Origin: Candidatus Heimdallarchaeota archaeon
GTDB lineage: Archaea > Asgardarchaeota > Heimdallarchaeia > Hodarchaeales > Hodarchaeaceae
DNA: 35,111 bases
Direction of reading: 5' to 3'
Assembly: GCA_019057635.1 (NCBI GenBank)
Contig: DXJL01000206.1
Location: forward strand, 1-35,111
Below the pieces are notes generated by a model. The model ran no database searches. It saw only the letters and a program-made list of their open reading frames with translations, and was not told the DNA's origin. Each line of letters begins with the position of its first letter. The stretch's first letter is position 1. Positions 1 through 9,161 of this stretch are shown in pieces. A program made the position numbers and the translations under genes.

Positions 1-148
1 AATCACTTTTCTCCACATTTAAGTCTTTCTCCTTCGAGATTTCATGCCTATTACCTTCACCCATAGTTACGAAGTACTGTGCTGTTTGAAGACGTTTTTC
101 CATTGACAACCAAATTGAATTTCTCTTATTTGATAGGAATATTGGGCT

Positions 149-203
149 GAAATTGTACAATTTCTTTACCTAAATACACATTTTTCTGTTTGTCCGACAA
201 ATT
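149..203. promoter_or_regulatory. Two palindromic candidate operator sites: GAAATTGTACAATTTC (149-164) and GTTTGTCCGACAAATT (188-203)
   Basis: Perfect 16-bp palindrome and a 13-bp palindrome with a 1-nt centre, upstream of the SIS gene. The second recurs at 22060-22075 and 21730-21744. Confidence 0.4.
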
Positions 204-371
204 AAGTCGTACCAACTCCCCTTAGTGCGCCTAAGAAAACTTAAAATCATGAAGCTTAATGGATTTATCCTTAAAGTGCTTGGAAAATATCCAGATTATA
301 TGAAAAAAGAGTTATTAACTGATTATCAATATAAGCGTTTAAAGACCACATGAACTTGGTACAATTGAGGA

Positions 372-1532
372 ATGAAGTATATGAATATGCCAGATTATAT
401 GTTAACAGAAATGCTAGAACAACCTCGTATTCTCCAATCGATTTTAGTGGATAAAAATGTGGAAAAGATCGCTAGTGTAGTTAAAAATGAGAATATTGAG
501 AGAATAATTTTGACTGGGTGTGGTGATAGCTTCTGTGCCGCATGGTTTGGTGCTATCCTTGCAGAAAAATGGTGTCCTCAATTTGAAGTTCGCTATTATG
601 AACCCTTTGATTTCGTTAATTATTTTGATCCTAAAAAACTTAAAAACACATTAGTAATAGCGATTTCCGTATCTGGAGGAACATTACGAGTTTTAGAAGC
701 AATACGTTTTTCTCGAAAATATAATGCAACAACACTTGTATTAACGGATAATCCCAAAGGGAGAATGGTTAAAGAAACCGATATGCATCTCCTAATACAT
801 GCTTCTCCGCCTGAATCGTTACTTACTTCTTCTTATAATTCAGAAGTGGCAAAGCAATATACTGGTTATCAAAATGATGTAGCTCAAACCAAGACATTTA
901 TTGCTAATCTAGGGACATTAAGTCAGCTAATGGCTTATTTAGCTCCAGAGCCAGAAAATTACCTTGATAAAGTGCAAAATTCCTTTTCTTTAGTAAATAA
1001 GGCTATAAAAAATTGCGATGAATTTATTAAAATAGGCCAGTCACTAGCTAACGCTTCAGAGAACATTTTATTTGTTGGGTCGGGTCCTAATTCACCTACT
1101 AGTCTTTTTGGTGCCTATAAAATGTTTGAATTTACACTACATGGATTTGCTTGTGATATTGAAGAGTACTGTCATACACGATATTTTATTACAACCGATA
1201 AATCGTGTGTGATATTCTTGGCCCCTGATCAACAATGCTATAATCGAATCAGGGAAATAGAACCCGTTCTTAGAGAACAACTTGGAGCAAAAACTTTAAT
1301 CATCACCAATGAGGAATTTACGAATAAATTATTACCCAGTACTCTTCCACTTGCTTTGCCTGAGGATTCAATTCTATCTCCATTGGTTTTAACAATACCA
1401 ATAGAATTCATTTCCTATTCTTTAGCTAAAGAAAGGGGATTTAATACCAATACGTTTCGTGGAGGTGTGCAAACAGAGAAATATGTTGCGGGTTCATTTG
1501 CTACTATACGAAAATCTCGTCTACAGTATTAA
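372..1532 (+). CDS. Double SIS-domain sugar-phosphate isomerase/deaminase (GlmS C-terminal/AgaS/FrlB-like)
   Basis: EMLEQP N-terminus, TGCGDS, ISVSGGT, AQTKTF, second SIS GSGPN...YKMFE...EEYCH; no glutamine amidotransferase domain. Confidence 0.85.
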   Translation: MKYMNMPDYMLTEMLEQPRILQSILVDKNVEKIASVVKNENIERIILTGCGDSFCAAWFGAILAEKWCPQFEVRYYEPFDFVNYFDPKKLKNTLVIAISVSGGTLRVLEAIRFSRKYNATTLVLTDNPKGRMVKETDMHLLIHASPPESLLTSSYNSEVAKQYTGYQNDVAQTKTFIANLGTLSQLMAYLAPEPENYLDKVQNSFSLVNKAIKNCDEFIKIGQSLANASENILFVGSGPNSPTSLFGAYKMFEFTLHGFACDIEEYCHTRYFITTDKSCVIFLAPDQQCYNRIREIEPVLREQLGAKTLIITNEEFTNKLLPSTLPLALPEDSILSPLVLTIPIEFISYSLAKERGFNTNTFRGGVQTEKYVAGSFATIRKSRLQY

Positions 1533-1548
1533 ATTTGCTAAATAGAAA

Positions 1549-2259
1549 TTATCGGCTTTTTATCACACCTACACGCAAGCATTGAGTTAAAATTGGACAT
1601 TGGCTGCATTTAGGACTTGTAGGGGTACAGATATTCTGCCCCCATCTTACAAGTATATCATTTATTGGAATCCACCATTTTTTTGGTAGGATTTTTCGTA
1701 ACATCATTTCGACACTATCCGCATCATGAAATACAGCTTTATTCTCCTTTTTACCCTTTATTGGGATGATTCCGATTCGTTGTGTTATTCTAGCGACATG
1801 TACATCCACACAAATTCCTGGTTTACCGAATCCCATCGTAATAACAAGATTGGCTGTTTTACGTCCCACTCCTTTGAAACTCAACAATTCCTGTAAAGAG
1901 GAAGGTACTTTGCCATTATACTCATCTAGAAGTCGTTGACAAATATTGCGAATTGTTTCTGTTTTACGGCGGTAAAATCCGACTGGATATATGATTTTTT
2001 CAAGCTCCTCGATAGGTATTGCAAGGATTGTTTCTGGGGTGGCAGCTACATTGAAAAGGGCTCTACTTGCCTTGTAAGTCGTCTCATCTTTCGTTCGTAG
2101 ACTTAAAATCGTTGCAATGAGTATTTGAAACGGATCTCGTCGCGTTTTCGATAAATTCGTCACTAAAGGATCTTTTAGTTGTGATGTTGCGTTTTGTAAA
2201 GTTGTTAAGATATCATCAATTTTCTTCTCATCAACTAGGGTTGAATTGATCTTTGTCAT
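1549..2259 (-). CDS. nth: Endonuclease III (HhH-GPD DNA glycosylase/AP lyase, 4Fe-4S)
   Basis: PFQILIATILSLRTKD, HhH FKGVGRKTAN, VDVHV, C-x6-C-x2-C-x5-C (CTPTSPKCSQCPILTQC). Confidence 0.93.
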   Translation of the reverse strand: MTKINSTLVDEKKIDDILTTLQNATSQLKDPLVTNLSKTRRDPFQILIATILSLRTKDETTYKASRALFNVAATPETILAIPIEELEKIIYPVGFYRRKTETIRNICQRLLDEYNGKVPSSLQELLSFKGVGRKTANLVITMGFGKPGICVDVHVARITQRIGIIPIKGKKENKAVFHDADSVEMMLRKILPKKWWIPINDILVRWGQNICTPTSPKCSQCPILTQCLRVGVIKSR

Positions 2260-2337
2260 GAGTTTTCCTCAATTATAAGGATAGATTTAATACTTCTTTG
2301 AATTGATACAGATCACTAACATTACTAACCACATAAT

Positions 2338-2889
2338 CTAAATGGAACTTAAGTTTTTACCCATTTCAAGTCTAACTTCAATTCCGCCCCCCTGTTCCTG
2401 TGTATAAGCTTCTAGATCAAAGCCTATCAGGTTAAACCCATTTTTCAAATAAAAATTTATTGCTTTATGATTAGTATTTTGACATTCTAATACTAAAGCT
2501 CTAGATTTTAGCTTTCTTGCCTTCGTTTCTAAAAATTTCATTAGAAGCGTTCCATATCCATTTCTTTGATATTCTGGCTGAATCATAATATCCCAGATGC
2601 GTGTACGATTTGAATGGCTTAATTGTTCAAATGCCAGAAGACCAATCTCTTTATTATTCGTATTTTCCAATATATAATACTCAGCTTTTGTTTTATAAAG
2701 TTCGAATAAGTTTCCTTCCCATTTTTTCCTGAACTTTTCTTTAAATGGGGTTTTCTTCCATTCAAAAATCCATCCTTCACTCTTTGGTTTTTTTTTTGAT
2801 TCTAATTTATAATAATATCCAGAAGTATATTCTACGACCACTTTCTTATTGTCGGGATAATCTTTCTCAAATATTTGTTTGATTCTCAA
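2338..2889 (-). CDS. GNAT-family N-acetyltransferase (streptothricin acetyltransferase-like)
   Basis: Motif A IQPEYQRNGYGTLLM, LECQNTNHKAINFYLKNGF; TTG start. Confidence 0.85.
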   Translation of the reverse strand: MRIKQIFEKDYPDNKKVVVEYTSGYYYKLESKKKPKSEGWIFEWKKTPFKEKFRKKWEGNLFELYKTKAEYYILENTNNKEIGLLAFEQLSHSNRTRIWDIMIQPEYQRNGYGTLLMKFLETKARKLKSRALVLECQNTNHKAINFYLKNGFNLIGFDLEAYTQEQGGGIEVRLEMGKNLSSI

Positions 2890-3050
2890 GGTAAATCTCT
2901 CTCAATGCTCATCAATGTAAATTTATCAGAGTTAAAATCAAGGTCTAGCAAGTTAATGGAAATAATTTAATTTTGGTTTATGCCATTGTACTTCTCATAT
3001 TACAAAGTAGAAAAGGAAGAAGAATATAAAATGACACTATTGACGATCCA

Positions 3051-3266
3051 ATGATTGACTTGAATACTGACAAACCGTGTATGAGAGAAGAAATGATCCA
3101 AAAGCTGTTAAATGACCCAGATAAGTTTGAAAGGATGTTTGCAGCTCGTTATCTGTTCAAATATAATTATTCAGAAAGTAAGTCAATATTAGAAGATGTT
3201 TTAAAGGATAATGATCCAGAAGTAGCCTTTTGTATTGCTCGATTATTTGAAGTAAAAGAAAAATAA
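3051..3266 (+). CDS. Small HEAT/PBS-lyase-like repeat protein
   Basis: LLNDPDKFERMFAARYL and LKDNDPEVAFCIARL resemble HEAT repeats. Confidence 0.55.
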   Translation: MIDLNTDKPCMREEMIQKLLNDPDKFERMFAARYLFKYNYSESKSILEDVLKDNDPEVAFCIARLFEVKEK

Positions 3267-3311
3267 AACTAGGAAATTTTATGTCAAATAATTTTTTTCT
3301 ATGGGCATTCT

Positions 3312-4301
3312 TTACGGTTCATGGGCTTGTATTAAAAGAACTGAACTCATAGGAATAGTAATAGGCCTTTTTGAAGCTTTTCCAGCCAATACGACAAATA
3401 ATTGATCATCTTCAGAATCAATTCTTTCTATATGTGCTTTTTGCCCTCTATAGGGTCCATCAACAATTTTAATTAAATCGTTGACATGGAGACCCTTTTC
3501 AAGAGTTTTTTTGATATGTGCAAACGTTTTTATTCCAAATCGCAAATGAATGCGGAAATTCAAACGTCTCTCTGGTATTCCCATGAAAATTTGTTTTTGT
3601 AATCCACGGAGGATCGATAATTCAGGTAATGAGTCAGTTAAAGCCCGGATTGTCGGGTATTCAGAGATTTGATTCTCTATTGTATCTAGATCAACAGAAT
3701 TAACATTATTGGATGTTGAGTATACCATATTTAAATTCTTTGTATCAGAAATTTGTGCCTGATCGATATACGTCTGAAAAGAAAAGCGAGATGTTAGTAA
3801 TGGTGGAATCATTCGATCTAGAGAACTAAACAAATGGATAAGTGACAATGGAGATCGGGGATTATGGCTTTCCAAAATTAAACGTTTTCTGCACAATAGC
3901 AATTCAACAAGTTTTGATGGTATTGGTAAAGGCTCAATACTCTCAAAATCATCATACTGAAGAAGGCGATTTCCTGCTACCGCTAAGCTATTATTAAATA
4001 ATGGTGAAATAAAATATAAGGCTGTATTTTCGTTATAGAGGGAATTATCAATAATTAATGTATGCGTCTTTATTGCTTTTCTACCAAATTGATCAGTACC
4101 ATCATCAAAGGTAAATCGCAAACCAATTTTTCCTGAACTATGCAGAAATTTTGTCAAATATACCTCATTGAATTTACTGGGACGTTTTTTGGGTATATAT
4201 TGCGACAAATCTTGGATCTGACTTTTTGTAATCGTCGCAGCTACAACATCCAAACCCTTTGGGGGATTATTCCTCACAATTACCTGATGAATATTAGTCA
4301 T
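3312..4301 (-). CDS. GTPase-associated protein with GAP1-N2/GAP1-M (DENN-like) region and C-terminal Spt5/NusG-type KOW domain
   Basis: GTDQFGRKAIKTHTLII (D-x-x-G-R...H motif), IPPLLTSRFSFQTY, C-terminal NDLIKIVDGPYRGQKAHIERID...RPITIP KOW; directly downstream of a small GTPase. Confidence 0.6.
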   Translation of the reverse strand: MTNIHQVIVRNNPPKGLDVVAATITKSQIQDLSQYIPKKRPSKFNEVYLTKFLHSSGKIGLRFTFDDGTDQFGRKAIKTHTLIIDNSLYNENTALYFISPLFNNSLAVAGNRLLQYDDFESIEPLPIPSKLVELLLCRKRLILESHNPRSPLSLIHLFSSLDRMIPPLLTSRFSFQTYIDQAQISDTKNLNMVYSTSNNVNSVDLDTIENQISEYPTIRALTDSLPELSILRGLQKQIFMGIPERRLNFRIHLRFGIKTFAHIKKTLEKGLHVNDLIKIVDGPYRGQKAHIERIDSEDDQLFVVLAGKASKRPITIPMSSVLLIQAHEP

Positions 4302-4327
4302 AGACAGTCCAGTTCATTAATACTACA

Positions 4328-4954
4328 TTAATACAAAGCTTGTTTACACTTCTCAAATATGTAATCAATTTTTTCATAAGGAGAGTCTTGAACACTAATA
4401 TATACTCGTTCAAATACAGCAAAAGGAAATGTCATCTTGAAATCCTTGATGACGGTTTCAAAATTGTCTAAAAATTTGCTAGCTTGGGTTTCATCATAGT
4501 TTATTGTATCCATCTTATTGACTACGAAGACGAACAAGGTTTTCTTTTTTCGTGCTTTCTTATCTGCTTTATCTGGATCCAAGCTTAAACTATCAAGGAA
4601 ATAATTAAATGAATCTTCCATAGCAACACGCTGAGCTTCCACAGGTTGAGAAAGATCAAGCATGAAGAGAATTCCATCAGTTTTATATCTACGCATGGCT
4701 TCACGCCATTTTCGTCGTAATTTAAAGTCACCAGGATTGTCTACAGCAATAATGTTGTATTTACGATAACGTTCTAATGAAATTTTTGATTGTTTGGCTG
4801 CAGATAAAAGAACCATCTTTTTTTTCTCAATGATAATATCCATCGTCTTTTCAGTGGCTGCGGGGTCCTCGCCCTTTAATCTTTTTATAAGACTAGTCTT
4901 CCCAACGCCAGTGTGCCCTAAAATAGTCAATCTAATATCTCTATCTAGTACCAT
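4328..4954 (-). CDS. Ras-superfamily small GTPase (divergent, Arf/Rag-like)
   Basis: G1 GHTGVGKT, G2 T (EKTM), G3 DNPG, G4 NKMD, G5-like ISV. Confidence 0.85.
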   Translation of the reverse strand: MVLDRDIRLTILGHTGVGKTSLIKRLKGEDPAATEKTMDIIIEKKKMVLLSAAKQSKISLERYRKYNIIAVDNPGDFKLRRKWREAMRRYKTDGILFMLDLSQPVEAQRVAMEDSFNYFLDSLSLDPDKADKKARKKKTLFVFVVNKMDTINYDETQASKFLDNFETVIKDFKMTFPFAVFERVYISVQDSPYEKIDYIFEKCKQALY

Positions 4955-5331
4955 GAGTAGCCACCCTATAGTAAAGGGCAGAAGAACTCATTAAAAAGTA
5001 AGTTCCTCTACCATAATCGTGATGAAAGCTACTAATAAGACTAACCTTATTGATTAAATTACGGCTCTCAAATCAGGGAATATGGAAGACAAAAATAAAG
5101 AATTGTACAATGGTATGAATTCTCTAATTTACTTAGAAATAACCTTTCACACAATTATTAGACAAGAGATATAGCTAGAGAAAAATTAAACTCTTTTTAG
5201 CTAATATAAACAAGATAGTTAAAATCATAAAAAGAAGGATTTAATATAGCAAAATCAAAGGTATTCAAAAGATATTATTCTTAAGTAACAATGGACTAAT
5301 AATTCAGGGAATATAAAAGCGAAATACATGA

Positions 5332-5666
5332 TCGGGGTACAATAACTCTCATTAATCAGAAATTTATGCCTTAATGCAAAAAATAGGCTGAATCTAGCGA
5401 ATTTACTCAAGGAAATTTGGTGAAAAAGGCAATTGAGTCAAAATACCCTCGAAGAGAAGGTTTTAAGCAAACTTTCGAGTTTAGGGAACTTACCCCTAAC
5501 TTCGCCATGAACGAGTACAAATAGTGGATATGTGGACGAATTTCGATATTGTGAGGTAAGGGCACAATCACTGAATCAGGCGAAAACAAGATAAAAATAA
5601 AAAGCCTTTTAAACATGAAGCTTACCAATCTCTTCGTAAGAAACCTTCGGTACATCTCATACCGAA
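5332..5666. ncRNA. Candidate structured RNA or long structured leader in a ~775-bp intergenic region
   Basis: Dense series of helices: 5405-10/5433-38, 5448-53/5474-79, 5481-86/5494-99, 5501-06/5579-84, 5548-53/5563-68, 5646-52/5660-66; family not recognised. Confidence 0.3.
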
Positions 5667-5729
5667 AACACTTTCAAACATCGGAATACTCCCTAATAAA
5701 TATAATATACGTGGAGGCATAAAATTAGA

Positions 5730-6152
5730 ATGTCTGCAGTCACAATAGCAAAAATGATCCAATTACAAGAATCAAAACCCATATCACTACCCGCAGATTT
5801 CCTGGAAACTTTGCGACCGAAAGATGTGGAGGAAAGCTCAGCAGTTATGATCCTAGCCCCTTCAACCAAAATTATCCGGATTATACCAACAAAAAGCCCT
5901 GAAGTGGTAAAAGTAGCCATTGAAATCGGTGAATTGTCACCTGACTTTTTGCAAGAACTGGGCGTAGTGTTCATGCGTAGTAAGATCAAGACGTTATACA
6001 GTACAGGTTTGTGTTTCACACAGGATTCGTGTACTTACGAGGGTTACCTCGATTCTAGCGACTTGACTATCTCACGAGACCAACTCCAAGACGAATTAAA
6101 GGAAATCAAGGGTGTAAGCAAGGTCGATATCACGACTTTGACCGCTGCTTAG
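5730..6152 (+). CDS. Hypothetical protein, probable AbrB-like N-terminus plus ACT-like ligand-binding domain
   Basis: ISLPADFLETL (AbrB-like I-x-L-P), followed by a beta-alpha-beta-beta-alpha-beta pattern ending LKEIKGVSKVDI, typical of ACT folds. Confidence 0.55.
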   Translation: MSAVTIAKMIQLQESKPISLPADFLETLRPKDVEESSAVMILAPSTKIIRIIPTKSPEVVKVAIEIGELSPDFLQELGVVFMRSKIKTLYSTGLCFTQDSCTYEGYLDSSDLTISRDQLQDELKEIKGVSKVDITTLTAA

Positions 6153-6355
6153 ATTCCCGTTCGTCTCTCCTCTTTTTATAGTTATAATCATCTAAAAGCA
6201 TTTTTCGGGTTATTAGTGTAAGCTCTACCCCATTTTTTTTTGATTTCTTACAAATTTTTTTAATAGGTCGATCTTTTTCCATTCTCATTATAAATTTGAA
6301 TCGAAAGCTCAAGAATTGGAGTTTAATCAGTCCAATCTAGCAGTGGTGAGAAAAA

Positions 6356-7222
6356 TTGGAGGATTTGATAGATTTGCTCCAAAATATAGTTGAAGCAATT
6401 ATACCTTTCCTGATTATTATATGTTTGTTAATTCTGATCTGGTTAAGTGGAGTATTCCTTAAATCTTTTATTAGAAGGCTTCCAAAAATTCCTCCTGATG
6501 GAAAAAATGCTCTTAATCTAGTAATTAGTATTACTCAAATTCTCATTTTTGGATTTGTGATGTTTGCAATCCTAGGAGCCAGTCAAGAAGTGATATTAGG
6601 CTTTTCTGCAATATTAGCTACCGTTGTTGGATTTGCTTCAACTTCAATCGCAACAAACGTATATGGAGGACTTTATTTAATCACAACAAGGCCGTTTCGT
6701 GTTGGAGATTTAATTCAGGCTCAAGAAGCCATTGGAATTGTTGAAGAAATTGGTTTAACCTTTACACGAATTGTACAACTAGATAAAACGATTGTAATAA
6801 TCCCCAATAGTAATTTACTAAACGTTTCCTTATTAAATTACAGCATACGATCACCTTCAGATCAGGAAAAGCAGGAAGGGATGATAAATGCTCTAGATGC
6901 AGTTAAAGTAATTTCTACTGAATTATATTTTGATTCACGTTATACTAAATTGAGAAGGCTGATCCAACTACAGCTAAATGCAGTTACACCTCCAATTTCT
7001 CTTACAGAAGTTAACAAGCGTTTGAAAAAAGTGTGTGAAAAGTTCACCCCAATCTTTGGTCAAGAGCCAAAATTCTATTTTGGAAAAAGCGATTATCGTC
7101 AAAATACCTATCTATTAATTACCGCACCCGACGCCTATACCATTTTCAATACATGGCCATATTTAATGGAGTCGATAATGGAAACAGTGTTTGCTGAACT
7201 CCAGGAGGGAGCGTTTAATTGA
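6356..7222 (+). CDS. mscS: Small-conductance mechanosensitive channel (MscS family)
   Basis: 3 TM helices, VVGFAS...NVYGGLYLITTRPFRVGDLI...GIVEEIGLTFTRI...IIPNS. Confidence 0.9.
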   Translation: MEDLIDLLQNIVEAIIPFLIIICLLILIWLSGVFLKSFIRRLPKIPPDGKNALNLVISITQILIFGFVMFAILGASQEVILGFSAILATVVGFASTSIATNVYGGLYLITTRPFRVGDLIQAQEAIGIVEEIGLTFTRIVQLDKTIVIIPNSNLLNVSLLNYSIRSPSDQEKQEGMINALDAVKVISTELYFDSRYTKLRRLIQLQLNAVTPPISLTEVNKRLKKVCEKFTPIFGQEPKFYFGKSDYRQNTYLLITAPDAYTIFNTWPYLMESIMETVFAELQEGAFN

Positions 7223-8061
7223 TTCTTACCACATTTATTGATACTCTAACATCAGAATTCAAATTTCTTTTTTTTATTTTAATAGTAATAGCTCTTCTCA
7301 TAATAAACTGGATTATTCAGTTTTTTCTTTCATTTCAACTTCGTAAAATTAGTAGAGTTCCCTTAGACATAATAAATCTATTTAAAATATTTTCCAAACT
7401 TATCACGGCATTATCAATCCTTTTTTCAATAATGGCCATCTATGGTCTTTCAGTAGAGGGAATCATCGGGGTTTCAGCGTTTTTAGGTGCAATAGTTTCA
7501 TTTGGTTCTACTCAAATGCTCAGTAATCTCTTTGTAGGTGTCTATATAATTTTCATAAGGCCTTTTAGGGTTGATGACTTTATTGCAATTGGTAATGAAG
7601 TACGTGGCCAGGTTGTAGAAATTTCATTAAACTATACCAAAATTAGAACAATAAACAATATTTTTCATTATATCCCAAACAAAAACTTCATGAATTCTAA
7701 TATTACACTCTATAAACAAAAAGTAGAGCGTCGAATTGGGAATACAGAGGCTCAAGCTTTACATGCTAAAAAGTCCAAGATGCGAAGTATCCGATCCTTT
7801 GCGATGCAGTTGATTGAAGAAGAAGTGGTACGCTATACATTTATTTGGGGTGCTCCATTGGGAGATTTAAAATCGACAAAAGAGAAAATTCAAGAGGTCT
7901 GTGTCATATATACAGGAGTATTTGGTTATAAGCCCGAATTTTTCCTCTATTCGCTAGATTATCGAATGCAGTTTAAGATAATAATTACTACCCATAGTAC
8001 AGAGCTTTTGCTTAAAAATATCATGATTTTTCGAAACGAAATAGTTGCACGTTTCCATTAG
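7219..8061 (+). CDS. mscS: Small-conductance mechanosensitive channel (MscS family), paralog of upstream gene
   Basis: SNLFVGVYIIFIRPFRVDDFI...GQVVEISLNYTKIRT...IPNK; TTG start overlaps upstream TGA; GGAGG upstream. Confidence 0.9.
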   Translation: MILTTFIDTLTSEFKFLFFILIVIALLIINWIIQFFLSFQLRKISRVPLDIINLFKIFSKLITALSILFSIMAIYGLSVEGIIGVSAFLGAIVSFGSTQMLSNLFVGVYIIFIRPFRVDDFIAIGNEVRGQVVEISLNYTKIRTINNIFHYIPNKNFMNSNITLYKQKVERRIGNTEAQALHAKKSKMRSIRSFAMQLIEEEVVRYTFIWGAPLGDLKSTKEKIQEVCVIYTGVFGYKPEFFLYSLDYRMQFKIIITTHSTELLLKNIMIFRNEIVARFH

Positions 8062-8065
8062 GCTC

Positions 8066-8962
8066 TCAAGAAATGGATAGAATAAATGGTGTTAACAGCT
8101 CTCGAACTAGTTTTCCAGATTTTTTTGAGTTCCACTTAAGTAGATCCATATGTGTAGCACTTGGAACAGTCAGATTTGTAGCATGCTTTAATGGTACGCT
8201 TGAAGCATCTACAACTCCATCATTGGGGATCATTCCTATATGTATATATGGGAATTTTCGGTTTATCCAGAATTTTCTAAAAAGAAGAGGTTGCCAAACA
8301 GACTCTAATAGTCCAGAGGAATTTAATCCTCTCACTGTGAACCATTTTATAGATTTCTCTTCTTCTGTTAAATTTTTATTGAGGTTAACTAGAAATTTAG
8401 ACGTAGGTACCATTTGGATAAACTGAGATTTTAGAATCTGCCAATCACTCATACTCACTCCACCTCTGGGTAATTCCAGAGCTAAATTCAATCCTGTCAA
8501 AAGAAAGTCTGTTGGAATATTGATTATCCGTTGTGCAAGCCTTGTTCCATGATTCGGCGTCCCCAGCAAGAATATTCTGGAAAACTTGTATTTCCTGTCT
8601 CTAAAGGGAGCCAGATATTTGATCATTGCTCGTGTGACCAAACCCCCCATTGAATGGGCAAAAATATCGATACAAACTGGAGGTGGGTGATCCTGAATTG
8701 ATGAATTTATTAAATTAAGGAAATGATTGGATAACGTCTGCTCCGTTCCTGGATCGTAGATTGGAGTTTTCAAATCATAAGGACGACTGAAATCCAATCC
8801 ATATTTTGAGTTATAATAAGATACGTTTACTATATCGTCATATATATTAGTAAAAGAGGAACTTGTTAGACATTTCTCGATTTCATCCATAAAACCTCTT
8901 TTTCCAGCAAAACCATGGACTAGAATTGCTATACGATCACAAGTTTTGGAGGTAACGCTCAT
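8066..8962 (-). CDS. Alpha/beta hydrolase (lipase/PGAP1-like)
   Basis: LVHGF oxyanion region, AHSMGG nucleophile elbow, LGTPNHG, NDGVV Asp, TH His. Confidence 0.88.
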   Translation of the reverse strand: MSVTSKTCDRIAILVHGFAGKRGFMDEIEKCLTSSSFTNIYDDIVNVSYYNSKYGLDFSRPYDLKTPIYDPGTEQTLSNHFLNLINSSIQDHPPPVCIDIFAHSMGGLVTRAMIKYLAPFRDRKYKFSRIFLLGTPNHGTRLAQRIINIPTDFLLTGLNLALELPRGGVSMSDWQILKSQFIQMVPTSKFLVNLNKNLTEEEKSIKWFTVRGLNSSGLLESVWQPLLFRKFWINRKFPYIHIGMIPNDGVVDASSVPLKHATNLTVPSATHMDLLKWNSKKSGKLVRELLTPFILSIS

Positions 8963-9161
8963 AATGTAACTAAGAGGACCTAAAATTTTAAGTGTGTCGG
9001 ATCAAAAATGAAAATGAAGAAAAATTATCTATCGAAAATAAATTTCAGAAGTAACTAATTACACTCGATGAAGTAGAAATTCCTGTGAAGAACATTAATT
9101 AAATATATATCTTCTCTGCATATTAATCATACATATAATCTACTTAGGGTATGATTTCTAT

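Noticed and set aside
1-103. Possible 5' end of a minus-strand gene (MEKRLQTAQYFVTMGEG...)
   Set aside because: Only 34 codons are visible, with no recognisable motif.
5407-5655. 82-aa minus-strand ORF, and similar 23738-23953, 6130-6312, 32327-32683
   Set aside because: Atypical composition and no homology cues; likely spurious in AT-rich DNA.
5300-5700. RNase P RNA, SRP RNA or tmRNA
   Set aside because: No GAGGAAAGUCC/AACAGAA P4 motifs, no SRP helix-8 GGAA motif with its conserved internal loop, and no tRNA-like ends.
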